54,971 nt of DNA from a bacterium (GTDB taxonomy: Bacteria > Zhuqueibacterota > QNDG01 > JABMRT01). The DNA lies in assembly GCA_011046415.1 (NCBI GenBank), contig DSAP01000029.1, forward strand, positions 1-54,971, given 5' to 3'. The notes beneath the pieces are model-generated. The model ran no database searches, had not been told where the DNA came from, and was given only the letters and a program-made list of their open reading frames with translations. Positions within the stretch are counted from its first letter, which is position 1. The number at the start of each line of letters is the position of its first letter. A program made the translations under genes and the position numbers. This document shows, in pieces, positions 47,300 to 54,971 of the stretch.

Positions 47300-47737
47300 A
47301 TGAATCGCTGGATCGCCGTGATGCTGCTCGCCGCCGGGCTGACCGGACTTCTCTATTACGGCGCGGCCGGAAATCCCTGGGTGATGCTTCATGAGGCCCT
47401 CGCCCGGCCGGACGAATACGACGGCCGCGTGATCAATCTCTTCGTTTTTCCGAAGATCGAACGCATCCACGCGGACGGATTCGACATCCGGGAGGCGAAC
47501 GGACATCCGATCCGTGTATACGGAGACCCCGCGGGGCTCCGGGCGGGAGAATATGTGGGGCTGAACGCCGTCTTCCGGAAAGAGGGATATCTCGTGGCGC
47601 TGGAGGCGTCGGTCTCGGAGCGGCGCCGCTACAAGGTGTTCCTCTCGCTCTTCCCCGTCGCCGTGGTCGGATTCCTTTTCATGCGCACCTTCCGGTTTAA
47701 CTTCCGAAAAATGCAGTTCGAGGCGCGTGATGCCTGA
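47300..47737 (+). CDS. Membrane-anchored hypothetical protein (CcmE-like OB-fold topology, no heme motif)
   Basis: N-terminal TM (MNRWIAVMLLAAGLTGLL), a central beta-rich region and a C-terminal TM. GGAAGGAGG lies 11 nt upstream of ATG 47300. Confidence 0.5.
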   Translation: MNRWIAVMLLAAGLTGLLYYGAAGNPWVMLHEALARPDEYDGRVINLFVFPKIERIHADGFDIREANGHPIRVYGDPAGLRAGEYVGLNAVFRKEGYLVALEASVSERRRYKVFLSLFPVAVVGFLFMRTFRFNFRKMQFEARDA

Positions 47738-48275
47738 TCTCATCACCCACGTGGCGGCCGCCCACCTGATCAGGCGCCCCTTCGAACGGTCCGGAAGGGA
47801 TGCGGAAAACCGGAGATACCGGGTCCTGTTCTATCTCGGGACGATCCTGCCGGACGTCACGAGCCGCGCCGTCAACATCGCTTTTCCCTCCTCGATGAAA
47901 TGGACGCTGGCCCTCCACACCCCGGCCGGCGCCTTGGTCCTGATCGGCATCCTGGCCCTGCTTTTCGAGCCGGGAATGAGGAAGCGCGCATTCGGGAACC
48001 TGACCGCTGGCGCGTTCCTCCACTTCTTACTGGACACGTTTCAGACCTCCAGCACCCCCGTGTTTTTCTGGCTTTTTCCCTTTTCATGGGCCGATTGCGG
48101 CCTGAATTGGGTCGATCCCGGCGACCTGATCCCGTGGATCCCCGTCTGGCTGGCCGGAATCGGGTTTCTGGAACTCGTCCTTTATCTGCGCCGGAGACGG
48201 GAATCCGCCTCCCATCCCGTGGAAAAACCGCCTTTGGAATCCGGATCCGGACAAAGAAAATCCCGACCCGCGTAA
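47730..48275 (+). CDS. Membrane-bound metal-dependent hydrolase (YdjM/DUF457-like)
   Basis: MPDLITHVAAAHL N-terminus, HxxxD (FLHFLLD) and several TM segments. It overlaps the upstream gene end. Confidence 0.7.
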   Translation: MPDLITHVAAAHLIRRPFERSGRDAENRRYRVLFYLGTILPDVTSRAVNIAFPSSMKWTLALHTPAGALVLIGILALLFEPGMRKRAFGNLTAGAFLHFLLDTFQTSSTPVFFWLFPFSWADCGLNWVDPGDLIPWIPVWLAGIGFLELVLYLRRRRESASHPVEKPPLESGSGQRKSRPA

Positions 48276-48326
48276 TGCGGGACGGGATTCCTGGTCTCGA
48301 CCCCGGGAACCCGGAAGGATCCGGAT

Positions 48327-50096
48327 TTACTCTCCCCGCTCCAGCCTGTAAATCGCGTAGGTACGGGCCGGCACGGTGATCTCATAACGGCCCTGACGAT
48401 ATGTCATGTCCACCTCCGAACCGGCCAGCAACCGATGGGCCGCCGCCGCGGGTTTGAGTTCGAATTTCGCCTCGGCTTTCCTGCCGGACGGATTGAGAAT
48501 CACCAGCACTGCCTCGTCGCCCCTGGCCCGGGCATACACGAACGGATAGGCGTTCTCCTTCGCATAGACGGGGACGAATTCGGCATAGGCCGCGAGCGCC
48601 GGTTCCTGTTTCCGCAGCCGGATCAGACTCCGGACGCGGTTCAGGAGGGAGTCGGGATCTTTCTCCTGATCCGCCACATTGGGCGCATCCGGATCGGGAT
48701 CCACGTAAAGATACAGTTTCTCCGGATCGGCCGTGGAGAACCCCTTGTTGGGGCCGGAGGTCCATTGCATGGGGGTACGTCCGCCCGCGCGCGGTTTGTA
48801 CGCCCCCTCGACATGAGGCAGATCATGGAGCTGGCGCATGCCGATCTCGTTCCCGTAGAAGATGAAAGGGATTCCGGGCATGGTCAGGGAGAAGGCGTAG
48901 ATGATTTCGAGATCGTCGACGGTCCTTTCGATATTGAGACGGGACAGGTCATGATTGCCGAGCGGCAGGTTGATGTATCCGCCGCCGATGGTCTTGTGAT
49001 GCTGATCGAGATAGGTCTCGAGGAAATCCGTGATGTTCCCCTTGCCCTCCTTGTCGAAATAGCTGTGCCCCTCCGAATAGCCGTTCAGGATGCGCCAGCT
49101 TTCCTTCTGCAGGATGTCGTTGTACGCCGGGAACCAGTGGAAGAAATCCGAATGGAATCCGCCGCCGCACAGGGCCGATTCGGGATGCGACCATTCGGCG
49201 ACCATGAACGAGCCGGGATACTCGGAATCCATGATCGCGCGGATCTTGTTCCAGAACAGCTTGGTGCCCTCGTCGCGCATGCTGAAGAACTGGTCGTTCC
49301 CCGTGATGTTGGCGTTCTTGACCAGCGCCCCGGCCATGTCCGCGCGGAATCCTTTTGCGCCCATGTCCATCCAGAAACGCAGGATGCGGACCAGTTCGTC
49401 CTGCAGCGCGAGGATGTCCGGATGATCGATGGGCAGCATCCAGGATTCCTCGGGCTTCGCGAATCCGTAATTGAGGGCCGGCTGGCTCCAGTAAAAATTC
49501 CGCATGAACTGGCCGTTTCTCCGGCTGTAACCCTTGATGAAGGAATCGCGGTACGCCTCCGGCGGATTGATCCAGGTGTTGTCCGTCCAGATGTACCAGT
49601 TGGAGTATTTGTTTTGTTCCTGTTTCGCGGATTCCTGGAACCAGGGATGCTCGATGCTGGAATAGCTGATCACATAATCGAACAGGATCCTGAGGCCGCG
49701 TTTCCCGGCCTCCTCGAACATACGCCGCGCGTCGTCGTTCGTACCGTAACGGGGCGCGACCCTGTAATAGTCGGACACGTCGTAGCCCGCGTCGTAAAAG
49801 GGCGATTCGAAGAACGGGTTGATCCAGAAGCCGTCCACGCCGAGGCTCTGGACATAATCGAGTTTCCGGATGATGCCTTCCAGATCGCCGATGCCGTCGC
49901 CGTCGGTATCATAGAACGTCTGGGGATAGATCTGATAGAATACGGCCGTGTGCAGATACTCCGGGCAGTCGGGGATTTTGTACTCTCCCGTGATCACCGC
50001 GGAATCGAAGGAAAGCGGCGAACCGGCCCGGGCGTTCAAGAAGGCGAGACAGGATAGAATCATGATCCATACAAAGTTTCGTTTTCGGATGAACAT
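48327..50096 (-). CDS. GH13 alpha-amylase-family glycosidase (oligo-1,6-glucosidase/alpha-glucosidase-like), secreted
   Basis: VFYQIYPQTFYDTDGDGIGDLEGI, GVDGFWINP, GFRADMA, EW and GNHD conserved regions I-IV. Signal peptide runs from MFIRKRNFVWIMILSCLAFLNARA. Confidence 0.88.
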   Translation of the reverse strand: MFIRKRNFVWIMILSCLAFLNARAGSPLSFDSAVITGEYKIPDCPEYLHTAVFYQIYPQTFYDTDGDGIGDLEGIIRKLDYVQSLGVDGFWINPFFESPFYDAGYDVSDYYRVAPRYGTNDDARRMFEEAGKRGLRILFDYVISYSSIEHPWFQESAKQEQNKYSNWYIWTDNTWINPPEAYRDSFIKGYSRRNGQFMRNFYWSQPALNYGFAKPEESWMLPIDHPDILALQDELVRILRFWMDMGAKGFRADMAGALVKNANITGNDQFFSMRDEGTKLFWNKIRAIMDSEYPGSFMVAEWSHPESALCGGGFHSDFFHWFPAYNDILQKESWRILNGYSEGHSYFDKEGKGNITDFLETYLDQHHKTIGGGYINLPLGNHDLSRLNIERTVDDLEIIYAFSLTMPGIPFIFYGNEIGMRQLHDLPHVEGAYKPRAGGRTPMQWTSGPNKGFSTADPEKLYLYVDPDPDAPNVADQEKDPDSLLNRVRSLIRLRKQEPALAAYAEFVPVYAKENAYPFVYARARGDEAVLVILNPSGRKAEAKFELKPAAAAHRLLAGSEVDMTYRQGRYEITVPARTYAIYRLERGE

Positions 50097-50192
50097 GGGG
50101 CCTCCTGAATTTTTAAACACATAACGATTTACAAATAGCTTTTCTTCGAGTTTTCTTACTTCCAATCACAAAAATGACTTACACAAATGTCT

Positions 50193-50227
50193 TAGAAGGT
50201 AACCTTCTCGAAGAAGGTTACCTTCTA
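50193..50227. promoter_or_regulatory. Perfect 16-bp inverted repeat with 3-nt loop (TAGAAGGTAACCTTCT cga AGAAGGTTACCTTCTA)
   Basis: Arms at 50193-50208 and 50212-50227 are exact reverse complements. Each arm also contains the 6-3-6 palindrome AGAAGG-nnn-CCTTCT. The repeat overlaps the fucU stop and lies about 100 nt upstream of the GH13 start. Confidence 0.7.
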
Positions 50228-50656
50228 ATGAATTATCACACCCTTCTTCAGAATCACATTCGCATACTTCCGCACATCGCCGCTGACCACGACGGCGAAG
50301 GCGTTTCCGGCCCTTTCATAGAAGGCGAACCGCCCGATCTTCGTGACCGGCCAGGATTTCTTTTCGTGCCGCTGAATAATCCCGGAATAACCCTTCTCAA
50401 GTTCCGGATCGGCCGTGTCTCCCGGAACCGTCTCCATCATCACGACCGCCTCCTCATCGTACTGATCGAGGACGATCAGGGACATCACCCCGTCCAGAAT
50501 CGCGTCGATGCCCACACCGTCCATGCGGATCACGGGAGGACCGAGCGACTCCGCGGGAAAATGCGCATCCGCCAGCACGATCTCGTCGCCGTGGCCCATC
50601 CGGCAGAGTGCGGACAGGAGTTCCGGCCCCACGACCGGTGAAATGCCTTTGAGCAT
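50225..50656 (-). CDS. fucU: RbsD/FucU family mutarotase
   Basis: MLKGISPVVGPELLSALCRMGHGDEIVLADAHFP is the FucU/RbsD signature. AAAGGAG lies upstream. Confidence 0.85.
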   Translation of the reverse strand: MLKGISPVVGPELLSALCRMGHGDEIVLADAHFPAESLGPPVIRMDGVGIDAILDGVMSLIVLDQYDEEAVVMMETVPGDTADPELEKGYSGIIQRHEKKSWPVTKIGRFAFYERAGNAFAVVVSGDVRKYANVILKKGVIIH

Positions 50657-50819
50657 CGTTTGCTCCTTTTCGTCGAGAACACCCGTTACCGGACGGATTG
50701 AGATTCATCCGTGCCAAACCGCCTGTTCGCACCGGATTCCCGGACCCGTGATACATTCTGTCCGGCATCGTATGGAAGGGGCCCGGTAAGCATCCTGATC
50801 TCCAGGAGACAGGGAATTT

Positions 50820-52019
50820 CTACGGCGTCAGCCGCAGCATCAGGACGTCATGGGACGGTATCTCGAACCGTAACACCTTCCCCGTGGTCCCGATGTTTTT
50901 CTTCTTCCATAGATCCCGGAGTCTGTATTCCGTCTGGTCGAACCGGAATTCCTTCTCCGCAAAATCATCCACGATGGGGTGTTTCTTCCAGTCGAATGCG
51001 ATCCTTTTCGGTTTCTTGCCGCGATTGAGGAAACAGACGGCCAGGTCGCCGCCCATGAGCGGCTTGGCCCAGACGTCGACGCTGTCGATCACGTAGGCCC
51101 TGAATCCCTGGATGCCGAGCGAATCCTGGTCGACCGCGATCGCCTCCTTGTTGGTGAGGATTTCGAGGGTCTCCCTGCTCATGCGTCTCAGGTCATTCCC
51201 CGCCATGAGGGGCGCGGCGAGCATGCACCACATGGAGAAATGGGCCCGGTCTTCGTTGACGGACATGCCGTTTCCCACCTCCAGCATGTCGGGATCGTTC
51301 CAGTGGTCCGGTCCGGCATACTGGCGGATGCCTTCCCGCATGTCGATAATCTGAAGCACGCCCCATGATTTCCAGGCCCCGTGATCCACATATCCGTCGA
51401 ACAGCACCGCGATGTCGCCCGTGGTGCGCCAGAGATGGCCGATATCCCTGCCCCATTTCCAGGGTTCGTGGTTCCCCCATTCGCACAGGCTGAAGACGAT
51501 GGGACGGCCGGCTTCGTACAGGGCGTCCCGCATGGTGAGATAGGCGCCTTCCGCATTCAGTCCTTCGGTATAGCACCAGTCGTATTTAAGGTAATCCACG
51601 CCCCAGGCCGCGTACTGCATGGCGTCCTGATATTCGCGCCCGCGGCTGCCCGGCCGGCCCGCGCAGGTCTTCCATCCCGCATCGGAGTAGATCCCGAACT
51701 TAAGCCCCAGAGAGTGGATGTAATCCGCCAGGGCCTTCATGCCCGAGGGAAAGTGTCCGGGATGGGGATGGATGAATCCCAGGCTGTCGCGTTCGCCGTG
51801 CCAGCAATCATCGATCACGATATACCGGTAGCCGGCATCTTTCATGCCGGTCGCGACCATCGCGTCCGCGGTCTCGCGGATCAGCTGTTCATTGACATCG
51901 CAGGCGAAATGATTCCAGCTGTTCCACCCCATGGGCGGAGTGAGCGCCAGCCCTTCGAATTTCTGGCCGGACGCGGATCCGGCGCAGAGGATCAGCAGTA
52001 TGAGTAGGGTCTTTTTCAT
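50820..52019 (-). CDS. GH27 alpha-galactosidase, secreted
   Basis: PPMGWNSWNHF, YRYIVIDDCW, LKYDWC and LCEWG motifs. Signal MKKTLLILLILCAGSASG. AGGAGA lies upstream of ATG 52019. Confidence 0.9.
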   Translation of the reverse strand: MKKTLLILLILCAGSASGQKFEGLALTPPMGWNSWNHFACDVNEQLIRETADAMVATGMKDAGYRYIVIDDCWHGERDSLGFIHPHPGHFPSGMKALADYIHSLGLKFGIYSDAGWKTCAGRPGSRGREYQDAMQYAAWGVDYLKYDWCYTEGLNAEGAYLTMRDALYEAGRPIVFSLCEWGNHEPWKWGRDIGHLWRTTGDIAVLFDGYVDHGAWKSWGVLQIIDMREGIRQYAGPDHWNDPDMLEVGNGMSVNEDRAHFSMWCMLAAPLMAGNDLRRMSRETLEILTNKEAIAVDQDSLGIQGFRAYVIDSVDVWAKPLMGGDLAVCFLNRGKKPKRIAFDWKKHPIVDDFAEKEFRFDQTEYRLRDLWKKKNIGTTGKVLRFEIPSHDVLMLRLTP

Positions 52020-52052
52020 CGTCTCTCTCCTTGGTTTGGAGGACAAAAATGC

Positions 52053-54011
52053 TCAGAAAACCATGACGAAACCGCCGCGCGGACGGAGGCGGATTTCGAA
52101 AGGAAGTTCGGACGGGAGAGACACCTTCCGAGAGGAGAAGGAGCGGTCGTCCGCGCCGTCCGTGATGAGCGTCCCCGTCTTTTTCCCGGACAGGAAGGAC
52201 AGATCGAGTCTCATCTCCCTCTCGGTCTCCCCGCCGTGGATCCCGGCCACGTACCAGATGTCTCCGGATCGCCGGGCCAGCGCCACCCATTCTCCGGGGA
52301 ATCCGTCGATGAAGCGCATCTCATCCCAGGCGGCCGGAACCCGGCGCATGAAATCGCGGACAACCTCCGGGACGCGTGCCATGCCTTTGGGCGTCTCGGC
52401 GAAATGCTGGATCCCGGACCAGAAAATCACCGAAGTGGCCAGCTCGAATCCCTGGGTCGTCACCCGTTCCATGGACGGAATTTCTGAAAAACAGACCGGC
52501 GTGTAATCCATGGGATCGAAAACGTTCCGTGTGAAGGGCTGGAAACAGGAATGCGTCGGAGCCATGTCCGCATTGGTCTGATCGAACGTATAGAATTCGA
52601 ATCCGCGGACGGCCTCGACCGTGACGAGATTCGGATAGGTCCGGTGCCGGCCCCTGGGCAGCGTGGCGCCGTGGCAGTTGACCATCAGCCCGAATGCGGC
52701 CGCGTCTTCGAAGATGTCCTGATAATAGGCCATCATGGACTGCCCGTCCCCGGCGAAGAAATCGACCTTGACGCCCTTCACCCCCATGTCGCGGAGGCTG
52801 GAAAATTCGCGGACGCGGTCTTCGCGGGTCAGCAATTTGCTTTTCGGCGTATAGGGCGTCGTATTCCAGTCCCCGCTCGAATTGTACCAGACGAGGATGC
52901 CCACATCCTTCGTGCGGGCGTATTCCGCCAGACGGGCCAGGCCGTCATAGCCGATTTTCCGGTCCCAGTCCGCGTCGACCAGGCAGTATTCCCAGGTCAT
53001 GTGCGCGGCGTAATCGATGAACCGTTTCTGGACGTCGTAGACCGTGGAATCGTCCTTGAGCAGCACCCAGCTCCAGGACGACCGGCCCGGCCGGATAAAA
53101 GAAAGATCCTCGAGCCGGGAAGGAGCGGCCAGATCCGTGCCCAGGGTCGACTCGGCGATTCCCCTCAGCCCCCGGGATGCGGCGAGGATGCGCCAGGGCG
53201 TCTTCCAGGGCAGCGTGGATTCGGGATTCAGTGCGCCTCCGGGAAAGGCCTCGCCCTCCTCGGGGAAACGGATGAAGAAAGAGCCGGCGAGCGTGTCCTG
53301 GGCCAGGCGGCAGCCGCAGTAATCCCGGTCCGGCGCGGTCTCGGAGAGCAGCACCCAGAATTCTCCGGACTGGAAGAGCGCGGGGAACGCCCAGCCCGTT
53401 GCGTGAACCCGGAGGGATTCGACCGGAATGCCCGGCTCGTAGTGTTCCTCGTAGGACGGATTGGTCCCGGACCACCCCGTCTTCGCCGGGGCGATGTGCT
53501 GGATGAAGGCTTTCGTCCCGGGCAGGAAGGCGAACTCGCTGTTTTCGCGGACGATCTTTTTCATGTCCCGGGAAGAATCCGGGAACGCATAGCGGAACGC
53601 CGCGCCGTCATCGGAGACCTGGAACACCACGTCCATCGGCCGGCCGGATCCGTTCTCGAGGGAGAAGACCCTCCGGTTGTACCGGTAGGTGTGATGGCGT
53701 TGTTTTCCGTGGGACAGCGTATAGGTCTCCTCGCCCTTCTTGCTCCGGGAAACGGAGGCGAGGGACAGATTCCTGGAAAAGTCCTCGTCTTCGCGGACGA
53801 GACCGAGCCGGGAATCCCGCAGGATCACCGAATCCCCGAGGGACAGGCGGTACCATGCCGTGCCGTCCTCCGCGACCCGGAACGTGACGGCCAATTGTCC
53901 GTCCGGACTGCGCACCACGTGATGAGACGTCTCCCGGCCGCAAGAACTCAGCAGCGCTCCCAGACAGAACACCGCAGGGACGGCCCGAATCCAAATCCTG
54001 TTCTTTCCCAT
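52053..54011 (-). CDS. GH97 glycoside hydrolase (alpha-glucosidase/alpha-galactosidase family), lipoprotein
   Basis: 652 aa with lipobox LLSSC. The central WEYCLVDADWD, VWYNS, GVKVDFF and NCHGATLPRG segments are typical of GH97. Confidence 0.85.
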   Translation of the reverse strand: MGKNRIWIRAVPAVFCLGALLSSCGRETSHHVVRSPDGQLAVTFRVAEDGTAWYRLSLGDSVILRDSRLGLVREDEDFSRNLSLASVSRSKKGEETYTLSHGKQRHHTYRYNRRVFSLENGSGRPMDVVFQVSDDGAAFRYAFPDSSRDMKKIVRENSEFAFLPGTKAFIQHIAPAKTGWSGTNPSYEEHYEPGIPVESLRVHATGWAFPALFQSGEFWVLLSETAPDRDYCGCRLAQDTLAGSFFIRFPEEGEAFPGGALNPESTLPWKTPWRILAASRGLRGIAESTLGTDLAAPSRLEDLSFIRPGRSSWSWVLLKDDSTVYDVQKRFIDYAAHMTWEYCLVDADWDRKIGYDGLARLAEYARTKDVGILVWYNSSGDWNTTPYTPKSKLLTREDRVREFSSLRDMGVKGVKVDFFAGDGQSMMAYYQDIFEDAAAFGLMVNCHGATLPRGRHRTYPNLVTVEAVRGFEFYTFDQTNADMAPTHSCFQPFTRNVFDPMDYTPVCFSEIPSMERVTTQGFELATSVIFWSGIQHFAETPKGMARVPEVVRDFMRRVPAAWDEMRFIDGFPGEWVALARRSGDIWYVAGIHGGETEREMRLDLSFLSGKKTGTLITDGADDRSFSSRKVSLPSELPFEIRLRPRGGFVMVF

Positions 54012-54084
54012 ACCTATCCTCCTTCACAACAGATCCCGTACGTATCAGGACGGAATCTCATTCCTACTTTTGTCGAATACTCAG

Positions 54085-54126
54085 TGTTAATGCTCAATGT
54101 TCAATGTTCAATGTTCAATGTCCATT
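54085..54126 (-). repeat. Heptamer array (plus strand TGTTAAT GCTCAAT GTTCAAT x3 GTCCATT; minus strand ATTGAAC x3 with variants)
   Basis: Three perfect and three degenerate 7-nt units counted directly, about 75-115 nt upstream of the GH97 start. Confidence 0.85.
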
Positions 54127-54189
54127 CCCGCCTTCGGAAATCGTAAATCATGATTCATCATTCGTAAATCAACCCGGAACACGCAACTT

Positions 54190-54238
54190 TTCACTCTTAA
54201 CCCGTAACTCTTAACTCGTAACTCTAAACTCTTCACTC
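54190..54238 (-). repeat. Degenerate heptamer array (minus strand GAGTGAA GAGTTTA GAGTTAC GAGTTAA GAGTTAC GGGTTAA GAGTGAA)
   Basis: Seven consecutive nnAACTC-type units on the plus strand. The first minus-strand unit contains the TGA stop of the nitroreductase gene. Confidence 0.85.
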
Positions 54239-54892
54239 CTCCGTGGCCGTCTCCGGAAACCCCACGGTCTGGGCCATGATGATCTTTTGTTCCGGACGGA
54301 GCCGCATCTTCTCGGACAAAGAAGCCCGGTCCACCATGGCGCGCACGACCGTGGCCAGCCCCTCGGACGCGCAGTACAGATACACGTTCTGGGAGATGAA
54401 TCCGGCGTCCGCGTAGGACAGGGTCAGTTTGGCCTCCTCCGGCGCGTCTCCCATCCGCGCATAATCGGCGACGAAGACGAGGTTGAGCGGCGCGGAGGCC
54501 ACGAAATGCTGCCCGCCTGTGGCGGCGCGGAGATCCTCCGCGACGACCGGCTGCAGGGAATGCGTGGCCGCGTCATACAAAAAAAGCCCCTCGGCCAGCG
54601 CCGCATACACGTCGATCTCCTGCCAGTTCCGCGCCGAGGGCGCGGTGCGCCGGCCCGATTCGGGACGGTTGACGCCGAATGCCGCCCACAGCAGATCGGA
54701 CAGGGTCTGCATCGGCAGTTTCTCGAGGCTGTAGCTGCGCCGGGATTGCCGGTCCTGAAGGACCTGCATCAGCGGGCGTCCGCCCTCTATCCGTGCGGGG
54801 GGAAGCGGAATGGGCGAGAGTTCCTGCGCCGGGCAGAGTCCGGATAAAAGCAGCAGCATGCTGATCAGAGTCATGAGGGTACGATTTTTCAT
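54233..54892 (-). CDS. Nitroreductase-family (SagB/ThcOx-like) oxidoreductase, secreted
   Basis: 219 aa with a signal peptide. RQSRRSY, LSDLLWAAFGVNR and RTAPSARNWQEIDVY motifs are typical of the nitroreductase fold. Confidence 0.8.
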   Translation of the reverse strand: MKNRTLMTLISMLLLLSGLCPAQELSPIPLPPARIEGGRPLMQVLQDRQSRRSYSLEKLPMQTLSDLLWAAFGVNRPESGRRTAPSARNWQEIDVYAALAEGLFLYDAATHSLQPVVAEDLRAATGGQHFVASAPLNLVFVADYARMGDAPEEAKLTLSYADAGFISQNVYLYCASEGLATVVRAMVDRASLSEKMRLRPEQKIIMAQTVGFPETATEE

Positions 54893-54971
54893 TCGGGCTT
54901 CTCCTTCTTGTTAAAAACCAGGGTCACGTCGCGCTCGCCCCAGTCCGAACTGGAATGATGTTTGATCGTGA
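54889..54971 (-). CDS. 3' end of an unidentified upstream gene (partial)
   Basis: The open minus-strand frame ...TIKHHSSSDWGERDVTLVFNKKEKPE ends in a TGA that overlaps the nitroreductase ATG (ATGA). It is too short to classify. Confidence 0.35.
   Translation of the reverse strand, partial: TIKHHSSSDWGERDVTLVFNKKEKPE

Noticed and set aside
54085-54238. Heptamer arrays as CRISPR arrays or a minisatellite coding region.
   Set aside because: Units are 7 nt with no spacers and no cas genes. No ORF with protein-like composition spans them.

Overview
This is a 55 kb, high-G+C (above 60% by eye) chromosomal segment with about 50 protein genes. I found no rRNA, tRNA, CRISPR array, transposase or integrase. 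Several features point to an FCB-superphylum bacterium (Fibrobacterota-like or a related candidate phylum): a TIGR02145/FISUMP-type lipoprotein, a T9SS-type C-terminal sorting domain (YPNHPNPFNPST motif), tandem single-POTRA Omp85 proteins and many secreted glycoside hydrolases. This placement is an inference, not a database result.

Most genes are housekeeping or glycan catabolism:
- Housekeeping: maf, dtd, rsmE, crcB, ychF, pdxST, proC, bcp, manA and a U32 peptidase.
- Glycan catabolism: GH2, a sialate O-acetylesterase, GH105, GH13, FucU, GH27 and GH97.

Accessory content is small:
- An AT-rich island at about 1.7-5.5 kb carries a Dcm-Vsr-HNH restriction-modification operon and an orphan protein with an Rx4H HEPN-like motif.
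- A toxin-first PIN/Phd toxin-antitoxin pair sits behind a palindromic operator.

The most unusual signal is non-coding. A dispersed family of short, degenerate, mostly 7-nt-periodic G/T-rich arrays sits on or just after stop codons at eight or more loci. The arrays share longer motifs between unrelated loci. One array supplies both the stop codon of maf and the start codon of the next gene.

Many long out-of-frame or antisense ORFs in the track are GC-driven artefacts and were rejected.
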